From the IMG/VR virus record IMGVR_UViG_3300050334_000106, positions 1 through 64,000 of that record: 64,000 nt of DNA; one strand, given 5' to 3'. Source of the DNA: a virus (taxonomy: Duplodnaviria > Caudoviricetes). A model generated the notes under the pieces. The model ran no database searches, was not told the origin of the DNA, and saw only the letters and a program-made list of their open reading frames with translations. The position numbers and the translations under genes are program-made. This document shows positions 24,490 through 34,469 of this stretch, piece after piece; the stretch's first letter is position 1, and each line of letters starts with the position of its first letter.

Positions 24490-24779
24490 CGGAGGCCCCT
24501 TCTGGAGACAGTGGAGGGAATGAAAAACCGCCACCTACTGATTGGGGTGTGACTTATACTCGACTCCTTGATGCCGGGCTCAGATATGATGATATTCCCA
24601 AGAGGACGCTTCCTCAAATCAAAGCCATTCTCGGAGAATGGTCCGAGATACGGGTCAACATTCCAAATATCTTTGGCGCAACGGCGACAGCTGCTCCCCC
24701 TCCCCCGCCTCCAGATAGCGGGCCTCCAAAGGTAAGTCAATTTGCCGCTCTTGCTGGCATGTTCGGCGGAATCCATTAA
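24483..24779 (+). CDS. Tail assembly chaperone frameshift extension (T-like)
   Basis: The -1 frame is open from 24477 (GLTEAPSG...DWGVTYTRLL...). Confidence 0.65.
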   Translation, partial: GLTEAPSGDSGGNEKPPPTDWGVTYTRLLDAGLRYDDIPKRTLPQIKAILGEWSEIRVNIPNIFGATATAAPPPPPPDSGPPKVSQFAALAGMFGGIH

Positions 24780-24796
24780 AAGTGTGGTGATTACAT

Positions 24797-27700
24797 ATGT
24801 CAGACGATTCATCTATGGTTAAAATAATTGACACATTGGGCTTGGACTACAACCCTGCAATCCAATCTACTATCAAATTTGAGAAAACTATTACTGACCT
24901 TCAGACCGAGCTTTTGGCTTTAAAGGCCGCCGCAGGACACACAGCTAAAGATATAAACATCTCGTTTGCTGTTGAACTGAGTAAATTAAAATCCCAGGGA
25001 TTCGGAATATCGGTTAAGGATGTAACCCAATCAAAAGTCATACTTGACCAATATGGAAATACACTAAAAAATATCAGTGAAGAAGCTTCAAAAGCAAAAG
25101 AATCAATCAAGCAAAGTACATTATCATCTATGGACGCTCAAGCAGCATCTATTCAACAAAGAGTTTCTGCGAAAGGTTTAAGTGAAGAATATAAACTACA
25201 AGCCGCTCTTATACGGAACCAAGTTACAGTACTCCAAGAGAAACTGGCGGCAGAAGGCAAATTGTCAGCTGAAGAAATTAAGCAAACTGTTCAATTGAAA
25301 GAACAGCTAAATATTCTTAAATCACAAACCCGGGCAAGTATTGCAGATGATGCGAGTAATCCCAATATATTTACTCAAGGCTTCCAGCGTCGTGCCGAAT
25401 GGTTTATGACAGGAAGCCTTTTCTTCGGGGTTACCAATGGTGCGAAAGATGCTGTAAAAGCAATATCTGATGTAGAAATGGGTATAACTGAAATCGCCCG
25501 TGTAATGGAAGATTCAACTTTCCAGTTTAATCAATACAGAGACGACATAATACAGTTTGGTGTTGATTACGGCCAGACCTTCGACAATGTTCAGGATATA
25601 GCTCTTAGGTGGGCACAGGCTGGTTATAATGTATCGGATAGTTTAGAAAATACTCGGACATCTCTGCTTGCACTAAATACTGCCGAACTCGATGCAAAAG
25701 CAGCAACAGAGGACTTGATCGGTATAATGGCTCAGTGGCAATTGACTTCTGCCGACTTACCTTTGGTATTGGATGAAATCAACAAGACTGCCGATGACTT
25801 CACTGTAACATCTCAGGATCTTGTAGACGGCCTGCTCCGCTCATCAGGAGCGGCAAAAATAATGGGGCTGTCAATTGAACAGACCATTTCCCTGCTTACT
25901 GTCATGCGTGAAGCTTCCGGAAGGACTGGACGTGAAGTTGGTAATGCCCTTAATTCAATACTTTCATATATCCAAAGGCCTATCGCTATAAAAACTCTTG
26001 AAACTAATGGAATTCAAGTATTTGCTGATGCCGCTAAAACTCAGTTCAGGAATGTCATGGAGATATTCCAGGATATTGCTGCAAAATGGCCCACACTATC
26101 TGCAGATATTCAGGATGGATTCGTAAAAGCAGCAGATGATGCTGGTCTTTACAATGAAGAGCTGGCAAATGCTATCGGGACACAAGAAGAATGGAATGAT
26201 TTACAGCAGAGAGACCTTGCTCAGGCTGCAGCTGGTGTCTACCGTAGAAATTACTTTATAGGCATGATTGAAAGATTGTCTGGAGCTCAGGAAGTACTTA
26301 ATAACATGACTGATGCCGCCGGGTATTCTATGGTCGAAAACGAAAGAACCATGGATACCCTGGAGAAGAAATATCAATCCTTACAGGCTGCTGCTACACA
26401 GTTGGCAGTTTCTATGGGTGATGCTGGCATGACAGGTGTTCTAAAAGGCTTGACTGATGCTGGTACCGGAACATTGGAACTGCTTAACTCTTTGGATCCT
26501 AATCTGAGAAATTTCATTGTATTGTGGGCGGAATTAGCTGCTGTCATAAAAACCTCCCAAATGGCGCTGAGACTTATTGGTGTTGAATTGCCAGTAATCG
26601 CTTCATTAACAACGGGCATTGCAGGACTGAAAGCTGCTGTCACTGGGCTAGCTGCAAGTGTTAAAGGATTCTTTGTTGCAAACTGGCCATTACTTGCTAT
26701 AACCGGAGTTGTCGCGGCCATTGTAGCAATTGCCTCTGCTATTAAAAAAGCCGATGAGGAACAGAAACAATTTATTGAGAGCACAAAGAAAAACATTGAA
26801 TCTCTGACGGATCAAAAAACCGGCTTACAACAGTTATCTTCCGAATACGAAACCCTGAAATCGAAGGAACAGAACTTAACTGCTACTGCTGACGAAAAGA
26901 TCAGATTGCTTGAAGTTCAAAAGGAATTGGTTTCTCAGTATGGTGTTTCAATATCTGGTATTAATGCAGAAGGTGAGGCTTATTCAGATTCCATAGAAAT
27001 GATTAAACTCAGAACGAAGGCTCTTGAAGATGAACTCGCAGTGGAACAAAAGAGGCTTGAGACTGCTGTTCAGGCTAAAGATAGTGATGATGTTTCAAAG
27101 CTAGAGGATTCAATCAAAAAGCGAGATACTGCCTATAAAAGCCTCCAAGAAACTCAACAAAAAATTGCTGATATGCAAAAAGCACTTGAAACTGGAGGAA
27201 AAATCAATCTCGGTTCAGGAATTGTTTATAATGCTTCTAACCCAGAACAGGCAAAGTGGTTAAAATCTTCTATTGAGTCTTATAGTCAAGTAGCTTCGGA
27301 AATAGAACAAGCATACACTAAATTCAATAGCAAAATATCTGATATTTCAAAAGATCGCCAGCAATTGCTTCAAAACGATGCCTCATCAATTATTAAGCAA
27401 TTGCAGGATAATGGCACAAAGGTATCCGATTCAGCTCGAGCCTTCGCCTCCGAATTTGCAAAGTCGCTGGCATTGCATCCCAAGGATATTCAGTCTCAGC
27501 GGGATGCCTTAAAGGGTTTTATTGATCAAATCAACGATTCAGACTTTGATGAAGCAATACAGAAATATAACGATTTTAAGGCTAAAGGTGATAATGTTGG
27601 TATTGATAATGCCTCAAAAGTAATTATTGAACTTACCCATGCTTTTGCCGCAGGCAAACCTGAACTTGATAATTTCGTTTTGACCATGGAATCAATGTTC

Positions 27701-29875
27701 GGTGACAGCTCCACCATTAAAGCAGCCAACAGCACTCTCCCGGTATTTGCGAGTAATTTATCCGGCCTCGCTTCAAAGTTCTCACAGAACACTTCAGAGA
27801 TTAAAAATCTGAACAATGTTATGAATACCTTGAACAAAAAGGAATCTCTGTCAGCTGAGCAGGTAGCTGAATTGCTTATTCAATATCCGGAATTAGTTGG
27901 CGCCATCCACGAAACTGCCGACGGGTATACTATTGAGTCCTCCGCTCTTGAAATACTTAGACAAGCAAGGATAAAGGAACAGGCTGATGCTTTAAAGGCG
28001 GAACTCGGAATAACAGAGGTTACCACAGCGGAACTTGGAAATCGGCTAAAGGTATACGGTATAGAAATAAGCGCCATAAAAACATTAAGTGACGCTCGAA
28101 ATGCTGCGGCAAATATATCAGGCCCTCCTGAAAATTTACGTGGCATTATTCCTGATGCAGCCTTTAAAAGCACGGATGATTTAAAGAAAACTCTTTATGA
28201 TTATGGTGAAGCGCTGGATTTAATTAATTCTCTTCAGGACAAAATTTCAAATCCGAAATTTGGAGTTTCAAGTAAATCTGGCAGTTCTAAAACCGAGAAC
28301 AAAGCTCTGGATAATGCTTTGAAGCAACTTGAGCACCGCAAGAGGATGTCAGAGGAAACCGTTGCATCAATTCAGACAGAAATAAAAGAACTCAACAGGA
28401 TAAATTCTCTCTATGCCAAAACCGCAGATGAGCGAATGGATATGGACGAGCGTATTTATGATGCTGAAAAACGACTCAAAGACAAACGTCTACAGAATTC
28501 TGTAAATTGGATATCTGAACAAAAAGAGCTTGGGAAAATGTCTGTAGCTCAGGAAATTGCTGCTTGGGAAAATGTTCTGAAAACCCAGAAAAATAATAAT
28601 GAGGCTGTAAAACAGGCTACCTTGAATTTGTATAAACTTAAGTCTCAGCTTGCGGAAGAAACTACTCAGAAGGAAACAAACAGTATTGAGCACTGGGCTA
28701 AAATAGGTGTTTATAGTGTTCAACAGCAGATTGATAAGTATAGAGAACTCTACAAGGTCAAGGCTAAAGACCAGGCTGAAGAATACAAGCGCACTGAGAA
28801 TTTGTTTGGTCTTTATAAAGACCTTCTGGATGAGCAACAAAAATCCATAAAAGACGCATATGACGAGCGGATTAAGCAAATTGAAAACGAAGCTAAGGAA
28901 AAGAAAAAGGCTCAGGAAGAAATAATCAAGGGCATTGAAGCTGAGGAAAAAGCTCTTGATAGGCTTGAAGTTGAACATGACTATGCCAATGAAATGGCCG
29001 AGCTCAGAGAGCAGCTTGCATATTGGAGTGTCAGAACTTCCGAAGAAGCTCGGCAAAAGGTTGCTGACCTCAACAAACAGATTGCCGAGAAAGAGCATGA
29101 TCATGAGGTTGAGCTCCAAAAGCAAGGACTTGAGGATAAAAAGCAGACTGCTCAGGACGCAATTGATGCAATTGAAAAAGCAGCAACTGAAGAAAAAGAG
29201 AAATGGGAAACTACTTATAAACTTATTGAAAAAGCCTTTGATGAACACAGCGCGGATATCGTAGCCCGAGCAGGTGCTATGTCAAAAGAAGCTTATCAGC
29301 AATGGGTCGATAATTATCTTACTCCCCTTCAGAATGCTCTTAAATCTGGGGATTTAGGTAACTTTGAATCAGTGACCGGCGGCTTGCAAGACTCTGTAAA
29401 TGCTCTCCCCTCCCATGACTGGGGAATGTCGGATGCTGATTATCAAGCCTTTATGTCAAACGGTCAAAGATGGGCTGACCTTCACGCGCAGGGACATAAG
29501 CCGGCAGACAACAAAGAAATGCAAGGCCTACATGCTGCTAATGATGAACTCCGAAAAAAGTATGGACACAACCCTGCCCTCGGTGAAATGCCAGAATTCC
29601 ATACCGGTGCAGAGACACTATCTTATGGCATTGCTAATTTCAAGCCTGGGGAATTAGTCTTTCCTCCCCACCTTTCGACTGACCTGAAAACAATAATTCA
29701 ATATGCTCAGGCCGGAGCTTTTAGGCAATCTGGTTTTCAATCTTCAACCACTGATAATCGAAAGCAGGTGCAATTCAACGGGCCTTTGTTGCATGTTGAA
29801 AATATGAATATGGAAGATCAGGCGGATGAGCAAAGCCTTGCAGGTGAATTAAAAAGAGCTGTTGCCCGAATTTAA
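24797..29875 (+). CDS. Tape measure protein
   Basis: 1692 aa, helical; TMP core (DNVQDIALRWAQAG, TGREVGNALNSILS); central hydrophobic segment. Confidence 0.95.
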   Translation: MSDDSSMVKIIDTLGLDYNPAIQSTIKFEKTITDLQTELLALKAAAGHTAKDINISFAVELSKLKSQGFGISVKDVTQSKVILDQYGNTLKNISEEASKAKESIKQSTLSSMDAQAASIQQRVSAKGLSEEYKLQAALIRNQVTVLQEKLAAEGKLSAEEIKQTVQLKEQLNILKSQTRASIADDASNPNIFTQGFQRRAEWFMTGSLFFGVTNGAKDAVKAISDVEMGITEIARVMEDSTFQFNQYRDDIIQFGVDYGQTFDNVQDIALRWAQAGYNVSDSLENTRTSLLALNTAELDAKAATEDLIGIMAQWQLTSADLPLVLDEINKTADDFTVTSQDLVDGLLRSSGAAKIMGLSIEQTISLLTVMREASGRTGREVGNALNSILSYIQRPIAIKTLETNGIQVFADAAKTQFRNVMEIFQDIAAKWPTLSADIQDGFVKAADDAGLYNEELANAIGTQEEWNDLQQRDLAQAAAGVYRRNYFIGMIERLSGAQEVLNNMTDAAGYSMVENERTMDTLEKKYQSLQAAATQLAVSMGDAGMTGVLKGLTDAGTGTLELLNSLDPNLRNFIVLWAELAAVIKTSQMALRLIGVELPVIASLTTGIAGLKAAVTGLAASVKGFFVANWPLLAITGVVAAIVAIASAIKKADEEQKQFIESTKKNIESLTDQKTGLQQLSSEYETLKSKEQNLTATADEKIRLLEVQKELVSQYGVSISGINAEGEAYSDSIEMIKLRTKALEDELAVEQKRLETAVQAKDSDDVSKLEDSIKKRDTAYKSLQETQQKIADMQKALETGGKINLGSGIVYNASNPEQAKWLKSSIESYSQVASEIEQAYTKFNSKISDISKDRQQLLQNDASSIIKQLQDNGTKVSDSARAFASEFAKSLALHPKDIQSQRDALKGFIDQINDSDFDEAIQKYNDFKAKGDNVGIDNASKVIIELTHAFAAGKPELDNFVLTMESMFGDSSTIKAANSTLPVFASNLSGLASKFSQNTSEIKNLNNVMNTLNKKESLSAEQVAELLIQYPELVGAIHETADGYTIESSALEILRQARIKEQADALKAELGITEVTTAELGNRLKVYGIEISAIKTLSDARNAAANISGPPENLRGIIPDAAFKSTDDLKKTLYDYGEALDLINSLQDKISNPKFGVSSKSGSSKTENKALDNALKQLEHRKRMSEETVASIQTEIKELNRINSLYAKTADERMDMDERIYDAEKRLKDKRLQNSVNWISEQKELGKMSVAQEIAAWENVLKTQKNNNEAVKQATLNLYKLKSQLAEETTQKETNSIEHWAKIGVYSVQQQIDKYRELYKVKAKDQAEEYKRTENLFGLYKDLLDEQQKSIKDAYDERIKQIENEAKEKKKAQEEIIKGIEAEEKALDRLEVEHDYANEMAELREQLAYWSVRTSEEARQKVADLNKQIAEKEHDHEVELQKQGLEDKKQTAQDAIDAIEKAATEEKEKWETTYKLIEKAFDEHSADIVARAGAMSKEAYQQWVDNYLTPLQNALKSGDLGNFESVTGGLQDSVNALPSHDWGMSDADYQAFMSNGQRWADLHAQGHKPADNKEMQGLHAANDELRKKYGHNPALGEMPEFHTGAETLSYGIANFKPGELVFPPHLSTDLKTIIQYAQAGAFRQSGFQSSTTDNRKQVQFNGPLLHVENMNMEDQADEQSLAGELKRAVARI

Positions 29876-29884
29876 CGAAAGAAG

Positions 29885-30391
29885 GTGTATATATTGTATG
29901 AATTATTTGAGAAAGTGGTTGATTCGGTTAAACCTGCAGTGGCCCTATTGTGGGCAGGAATAACATATTTAATATTCCCGGAACAAAGTTTTATTGCCTG
30001 GTGTATTGCGTTATGGGTAGCTGTGGTTCTTGACCTGTTAACAAGATGGTTTGCCATCTTCTCTAAAAACGGAGGGGTAGCAAAATCTCTGAAAACAAAA
30101 GCCTGGAACTCTGAAACCATGTTTCACAAGACTGCAATAAAAATCGTTGCATATCTGGTAATACAGATCCTTGCGGGCTTATCAATGAGATTTGTGGACA
30201 TCCCATATATTAGTAATATAGTGGCGACGGTTATTTATTCTTTTCTATTCTTTCGTGAGTTTGCATCAAACATTGAAAATCTCATAGATGCTGGGGCTGA
30301 CTATTTACAGCCCCTCCTGTTTTGGGTAAAAAAGAAAGAATCCGCAGTCTTGGATAAGGACAAGGAGGGTGATAATAATGAGCGCATCTAA
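29885..30391 (+). CDS. Holin (toxin secretion/phage lysis holin type)
   Basis: TM segments; VVLDLLT and REFASNIENLIDAG. Confidence 0.85.
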   Translation: MYILYELFEKVVDSVKPAVALLWAGITYLIFPEQSFIAWCIALWVAVVLDLLTRWFAIFSKNGGVAKSLKTKAWNSETMFHKTAIKIVAYLVIQILAGLSMRFVDIPYISNIVATVIYSFLFFREFASNIENLIDAGADYLQPLLFWVKKKESAVLDKDKEGDNNERI

Positions 30392-31088
30392 GACAAATCT
30401 TGGGCTTGTTGAACATGCTCAAATGGCCCTCTCTCAGAATTGGGGGTACACACTCGGCACCTGGGGGCAAATACTTACCCCGACAATTCTGGAACAGAAG
30501 CGTAAACAACTGGGAGATGGGATTGAACAATATCTCGACTTTATAAAAGAACACTGGCTTGGCCAACGCACAGTTGACTGTATTGGGTTGTTTAAATCAT
30601 ATCTTTGGTGGACACCTGCGGGACCGATATACGATTCCAAAACGGACCTAAATGCTGACGGCACATATACTGCTGCCAAAGTCAAAGGCCCTATTTCATC
30701 AATCCCCGAAAAAATAATTGGGCTTGGTGTTCGTAAGCCTGGTCACATTGGAATCTACATTGGTAATGGCTGGGTTATTGAAAGCAAAGGTACAAAGTAT
30801 GGTGTGGTTAAAACTCCACTCAAAGGATCCGGAGCAACAGCTTGGACACATTGGCTAGAATACCCGTTTATTGAATATGTAAAGGAGGAATCGAACGTGG
30901 GAAAAGCATTTAAAGATGTTGAGGACAGCCGCTGGTCTGCAAAACATATCGAAGCTGCAAAAAAACTTGATTTAATCGCCGGCAATAAGGACGGTACTTT
31001 TAATCCCACAGGTCCCTTAACCCGAGAACAGGCCGCAGTATTAATGGTTAACCTGTATGAAAAGGTAACCGGAAAGAAGGTGCTATAA
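30378..31088 (+). CDS. Endolysin: NlpC/P60-like peptidase plus a C-terminal SLH domain
   Basis: VDCIGL, GHIGIYIGNG; FKDVEDSRWS...GTFNPTGPLTREQAAVL. Confidence 0.9.
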   Translation: MSASKTNLGLVEHAQMALSQNWGYTLGTWGQILTPTILEQKRKQLGDGIEQYLDFIKEHWLGQRTVDCIGLFKSYLWWTPAGPIYDSKTDLNADGTYTAAKVKGPISSIPEKIIGLGVRKPGHIGIYIGNGWVIESKGTKYGVVKTPLKGSGATAWTHWLEYPFIEYVKEESNVGKAFKDVEDSRWSAKHIEAAKKLDLIAGNKDGTFNPTGPLTREQAAVLMVNLYEKVTGKKVL

Positions 31089-31089
31089 A

Positions 31090-31455
31090 ATGATTAACAC
31101 AGCTTTAGGTATTATTTTGGCAGTGGCAATAACGGTTGAACGGCTTGTTGAGTTGGTGAAACCTTTGTTCCTAAAGGCCAAAAAATTTTTTACGAAGAAA
31201 AACTCTTCTGAACTTACCGTCTCAGAAAAAATAGCAATAACCATCCTTGTCGGTCCTGTGATTACTTTGATTGCTGGGGTTCTAGGTGTACAGGAAGTAT
31301 CACCTTTATATGGTGTTCCTCATATGGCTCAGCAGATTATAATTGGGCTGCTTGCATCCTTTGGAAGTAATGTGATACATCCGATTATCGGACTTGTTGC
31401 AGCATTTAAGGAAGCTGCTGAAGGACTGAAAGATAAAAATATCTGGGATAAATAA
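31090..31455 (+). CDS. Second holin-like membrane protein
   Basis: Three hydrophobic segments; GLLASFGSNVIH; follows the endolysin. Confidence 0.65.
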   Translation: MINTALGIILAVAITVERLVELVKPLFLKAKKFFTKKNSSELTVSEKIAITILVGPVITLIAGVLGVQEVSPLYGVPHMAQQIIIGLLASFGSNVIHPIIGLVAAFKEAAEGLKDKNIWDK

Positions 31456-31467
31456 ACTTGATTTAAT

Positions 31468-31496
31468 AGGCCGTTCCTATGGGGGCGGCTTTTATA
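31468..31496 (+). terminator. Intrinsic terminator
   Basis: AGGCCGTTCC-TAT-GGGGGCGGCTTTT. Confidence 0.6.
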
Positions 31497-31517
31497 CTTT
31501 ATAAAGGAGATGAAACT

Positions 31518-32042
31518 ATGCGCGAACATGGAATCGGAATTGATGCTGTTGCAATCGGTGCGGGTGTCGGAATTAACGAACATGCAAAATGGCAACCAAA
31601 GTGGATTATAGAAAAATACGACGAAAACATGAGACTGTATGAAGTCGAAGAAATAGATGGAAACCTACTATTAACTGAAGGTATCAGCGAATTTATGAAG
31701 GTGGCCTGTGGCATAGGTGGAGCTACGGCTTTTAGTAATGCAACTGCTTACATAGGTGTAGGTGATGGGACAGCAGTAGCTGATTCTTCTCAGACGGGCC
31801 TTTTGGGGGCGAATAAAACATATGCGCCCATGGATGCTACTTTCCCCTCAGTTTCTAACAATACTATGACTTTTAGGGCCACATTCGGTCCGACATCCGG
31901 AAATCATAACTGGCGAGAATTTTCCGTTGCGAATGGAAACTCTGATGCCGCGAAAAACCTCAACCGCAAAGTTGAGACAGCACTTAGAAGTAAAGCGGAG
32001 CCGGATACTTGGGTAGTGCAGCTCCTAATAACAATATCTTAA
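31518..32042 (+). CDS. Tail-associated structural protein
   Basis: NLLLTEG, YIGVGDGT and WREFSV pattern typical of proteins preceding fibre genes. Confidence 0.6.
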   Translation: MREHGIGIDAVAIGAGVGINEHAKWQPKWIIEKYDENMRLYEVEEIDGNLLLTEGISEFMKVACGIGGATAFSNATAYIGVGDGTAVADSSQTGLLGANKTYAPMDATFPSVSNNTMTFRATFGPTSGNHNWREFSVANGNSDAAKNLNRKVETALRSKAEPDTWVVQLLITIS

Positions 32043-32057
32043 GGCAGGTGATATTTT

Positions 32058-33899
32058 ATGGCTAAAACTAATTGGCAGGATCCCAACTCCGGAGAAATTC
32101 TATCAACTCATATTTCTGGATTACAGGAAGCGGTGGGTAAAATCGAAAAGTCGATTGGTATAGAAACTGTTTCGGAAACTTCTATACCATTATCAGAAGT
32201 GTTTATCTCAAATGATGACCGTTGCAGAATCTATCAGGCACCTGATAACAAAAGAAACTGGGTAATCTCCCCTGCCCCAATCATTAAGAAAAATGGAACT
32301 ATTATATCATCTGATTTTGTTATTGATTATGGTGGCGGAGCTGTTATATTTACTACTCCTATTCTGGAATCTGACGTTATAACCACCGATGCAACTTATA
32401 CTATCTCATTTGAAGGAAAACAATTATCAACAGAAAATTATAGTACCGAAGAAAAGGATAAGCTTGGAGGGATTGAACCTCAAGCCAACAGATATACTCA
32501 TCCGAGCGCCCACCCTGCCAGCATGATTGTTTTAGCCGATAACACTGATGTCGAGACGAAAATAAATGAGATTGAGTCAGATTTTGAGTCGCATAAGTCG
32601 GAAAGTGAGACAAATTTTGATGAGATATTTTTAAAATTAAATGATTTGATGAACTATGGAGTAAAAGCAAGCCGACCGACCACAAACCTGTATCCTGGCA
32701 GACCATATTTCCAGACGGATTTATTGCCTAATGGGAAACGAATTGAATGGAATAATTCATTTTGGCAATATTCTGACGGGTCACCTGTTGACACAATTAA
32801 TATTGTAGATGGTAATATATACACTTCTTCAGCATTTTACGCCTTACAAACATTTTCAGCGGGAGCATCAACAGCACAGCAAACAGGGATTAATATGTCA
32901 AGAGACTTAATTATGTATATGGACGTGAAATTAGCTGACATTACATCAGAATTTTTTAATGTAATTATGGGCACGCTTAGTACTCCAATGAAATTAAGGA
33001 TAGGATTTGGATATGATTGGACTACAGGAACGGCAGATGGTGTCAGTATATCCGCCAAAGATGAAGTAAATGGAGCTACTTATAAATTTGGCGCACATGA
33101 TTTTCAAAGTGCATTTACGAAAATTATTATTTGGTACGATAAAAAGTGGGGATATTTTAACATTTATTTGAACAATGTTTTACTTGGTTCATATAAGCCT
33201 GCTGCCGGGGGAGTAAATCCATCAACAGACATCACTAGAATTATAACTACGGTAGGTGGAGCAAGCACATTAATATCAATGAATTATTATTATATGTGTA
33301 TGCCTTTAGTTTGTGCCATTGGTGATAGCATAACGGCTGGTGCCACATTACATGCTCCTAATCCCGATTATTATCCCGGAGTAGATACATACCAAGGTTA
33401 TCCTAAGTTATTGAGTGATTACCTGCAAGCCCATAACATAAAAAATTATTTTGTTGTAAATAAAGGTGTTAACGGGGAAACATCAGACCAAATAAAAGCT
33501 AGATTTAATACCGATGTTGTTAGCACGGGGTGCAAATATGAGATTGAAATGGGTGGACTAAATGACCATCAAACACACGCTAATGTAAATATTAGCACTC
33601 AAAACATGAAAGACATAGCAGATACAGCATTAGCAAACAATATTATTCCTATCATAATTGGAGTAACACCAACGAAAATAGGTTCTCCTGGGAACAGTCA
33701 TCAGTGGTCAATAGATTTGCATGAAGCCGAAAAAGGTGCATATAGTGCATATACTTATGCAAGCGTATGGAAAGCATTGCAAGACCCAAATAATCCAAAT
33801 GTTGCTGATGATTCTAAGTTCACAGATACGGTACATTTGAATGAATTAGGGAATGAAGATTTAGCAGCAGCAATAGAAAGTCGCTTTGTAATACAATAG
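32058..33899 (+). CDS. Tail fibre/receptor-binding protein with a C-terminal SGNH esterase
   Basis: GDSIT, NKGVNG, GGLND and DTVH give all four SGNH blocks; YTHPSAHPASMI fibre motif. Confidence 0.85.
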   Translation: MAKTNWQDPNSGEILSTHISGLQEAVGKIEKSIGIETVSETSIPLSEVFISNDDRCRIYQAPDNKRNWVISPAPIIKKNGTIISSDFVIDYGGGAVIFTTPILESDVITTDATYTISFEGKQLSTENYSTEEKDKLGGIEPQANRYTHPSAHPASMIVLADNTDVETKINEIESDFESHKSESETNFDEIFLKLNDLMNYGVKASRPTTNLYPGRPYFQTDLLPNGKRIEWNNSFWQYSDGSPVDTINIVDGNIYTSSAFYALQTFSAGASTAQQTGINMSRDLIMYMDVKLADITSEFFNVIMGTLSTPMKLRIGFGYDWTTGTADGVSISAKDEVNGATYKFGAHDFQSAFTKIIIWYDKKWGYFNIYLNNVLLGSYKPAAGGVNPSTDITRIITTVGGASTLISMNYYYMCMPLVCAIGDSITAGATLHAPNPDYYPGVDTYQGYPKLLSDYLQAHNIKNYFVVNKGVNGETSDQIKARFNTDVVSTGCKYEIEMGGLNDHQTHANVNISTQNMKDIADTALANNIIPIIIGVTPTKIGSPGNSHQWSIDLHEAEKGAYSAYTYASVWKALQDPNNPNVADDSKFTDTVHLNELGNEDLAAAIESRFVIQ

Positions 33900-34091
33900 G
33901 ATAATATCACGTTGTTATATACAATTAAATATAACATCTTAAATTAACATTTAGGCTCATTGATAGAGGGCATTTTTCATGGCTTGAGTTATCATGGTAC
34001 TTTATGGTAAGATTGCTATCAAGATGGTTGAATATGCGAGATAAATTTAGATTGTTCATTGGATATATTTCATGTTATTGTAGGGGTGCTT

Positions 34092-34385
34092 ATGGATTTA
34101 AAGAAAAAGAAGCTATATGTGAACATTACTGTAGCAATTGTAGTAATATTATTCCTAATATTGTTTTTTACTGACCACTTGGCATTAGCAGTTTCTATAT
34201 TATTTATGTCAGGTGGGATATTAGGGTTAATAACTCGTAATATTGCTAATTACAAAGCATCGAATAATTTTCCTTTTTCTAATAAGACAGTTAGTTATGA
34301 TGAAAATAGTATAGCTGGTCCATTATTAAATATAGGATTTTTGATACTTGGATTGATAATTTTTTTTATCAGCTTTCAGTTATAG
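34092..34385 (+). CDS. Small AT-rich membrane protein (moron)
   Basis: Three TM segments; flanked by terminator-like hairpins. Confidence 0.65.
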   Translation: MDLKKKKLYVNITVAIVVILFLILFFTDHLALAVSILFMSGGILGLITRNIANYKASNNFPFSNKTVSYDENSIAGPLLNIGFLILGLIIFFISFQL

Positions 34386-34411
34386 GTTATTTATAGAATT
34401 TAATTCTATTT

Positions 34412-34441
34412 GGATTACTCAGAAATGGGTAGTCCTTTTTT
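34412..34441 (+). terminator. Intrinsic terminator
   Basis: GGATTACTC-AGAAAT-GGGTAGTCC-TTTTTT. Confidence 0.7.
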
Positions 34442-34469
34442 ATATTTACATAATCCTAAGTGAGGTGAT

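Noticed and set aside
28490-29248. 252-aa antisense ORF, and similar antisense ORFs such as 7096..7383, 26374..26796 and 52385..53029
   Set aside because: Shadows of codon bias in the well-supported opposite-strand genes; no RBS or motifs
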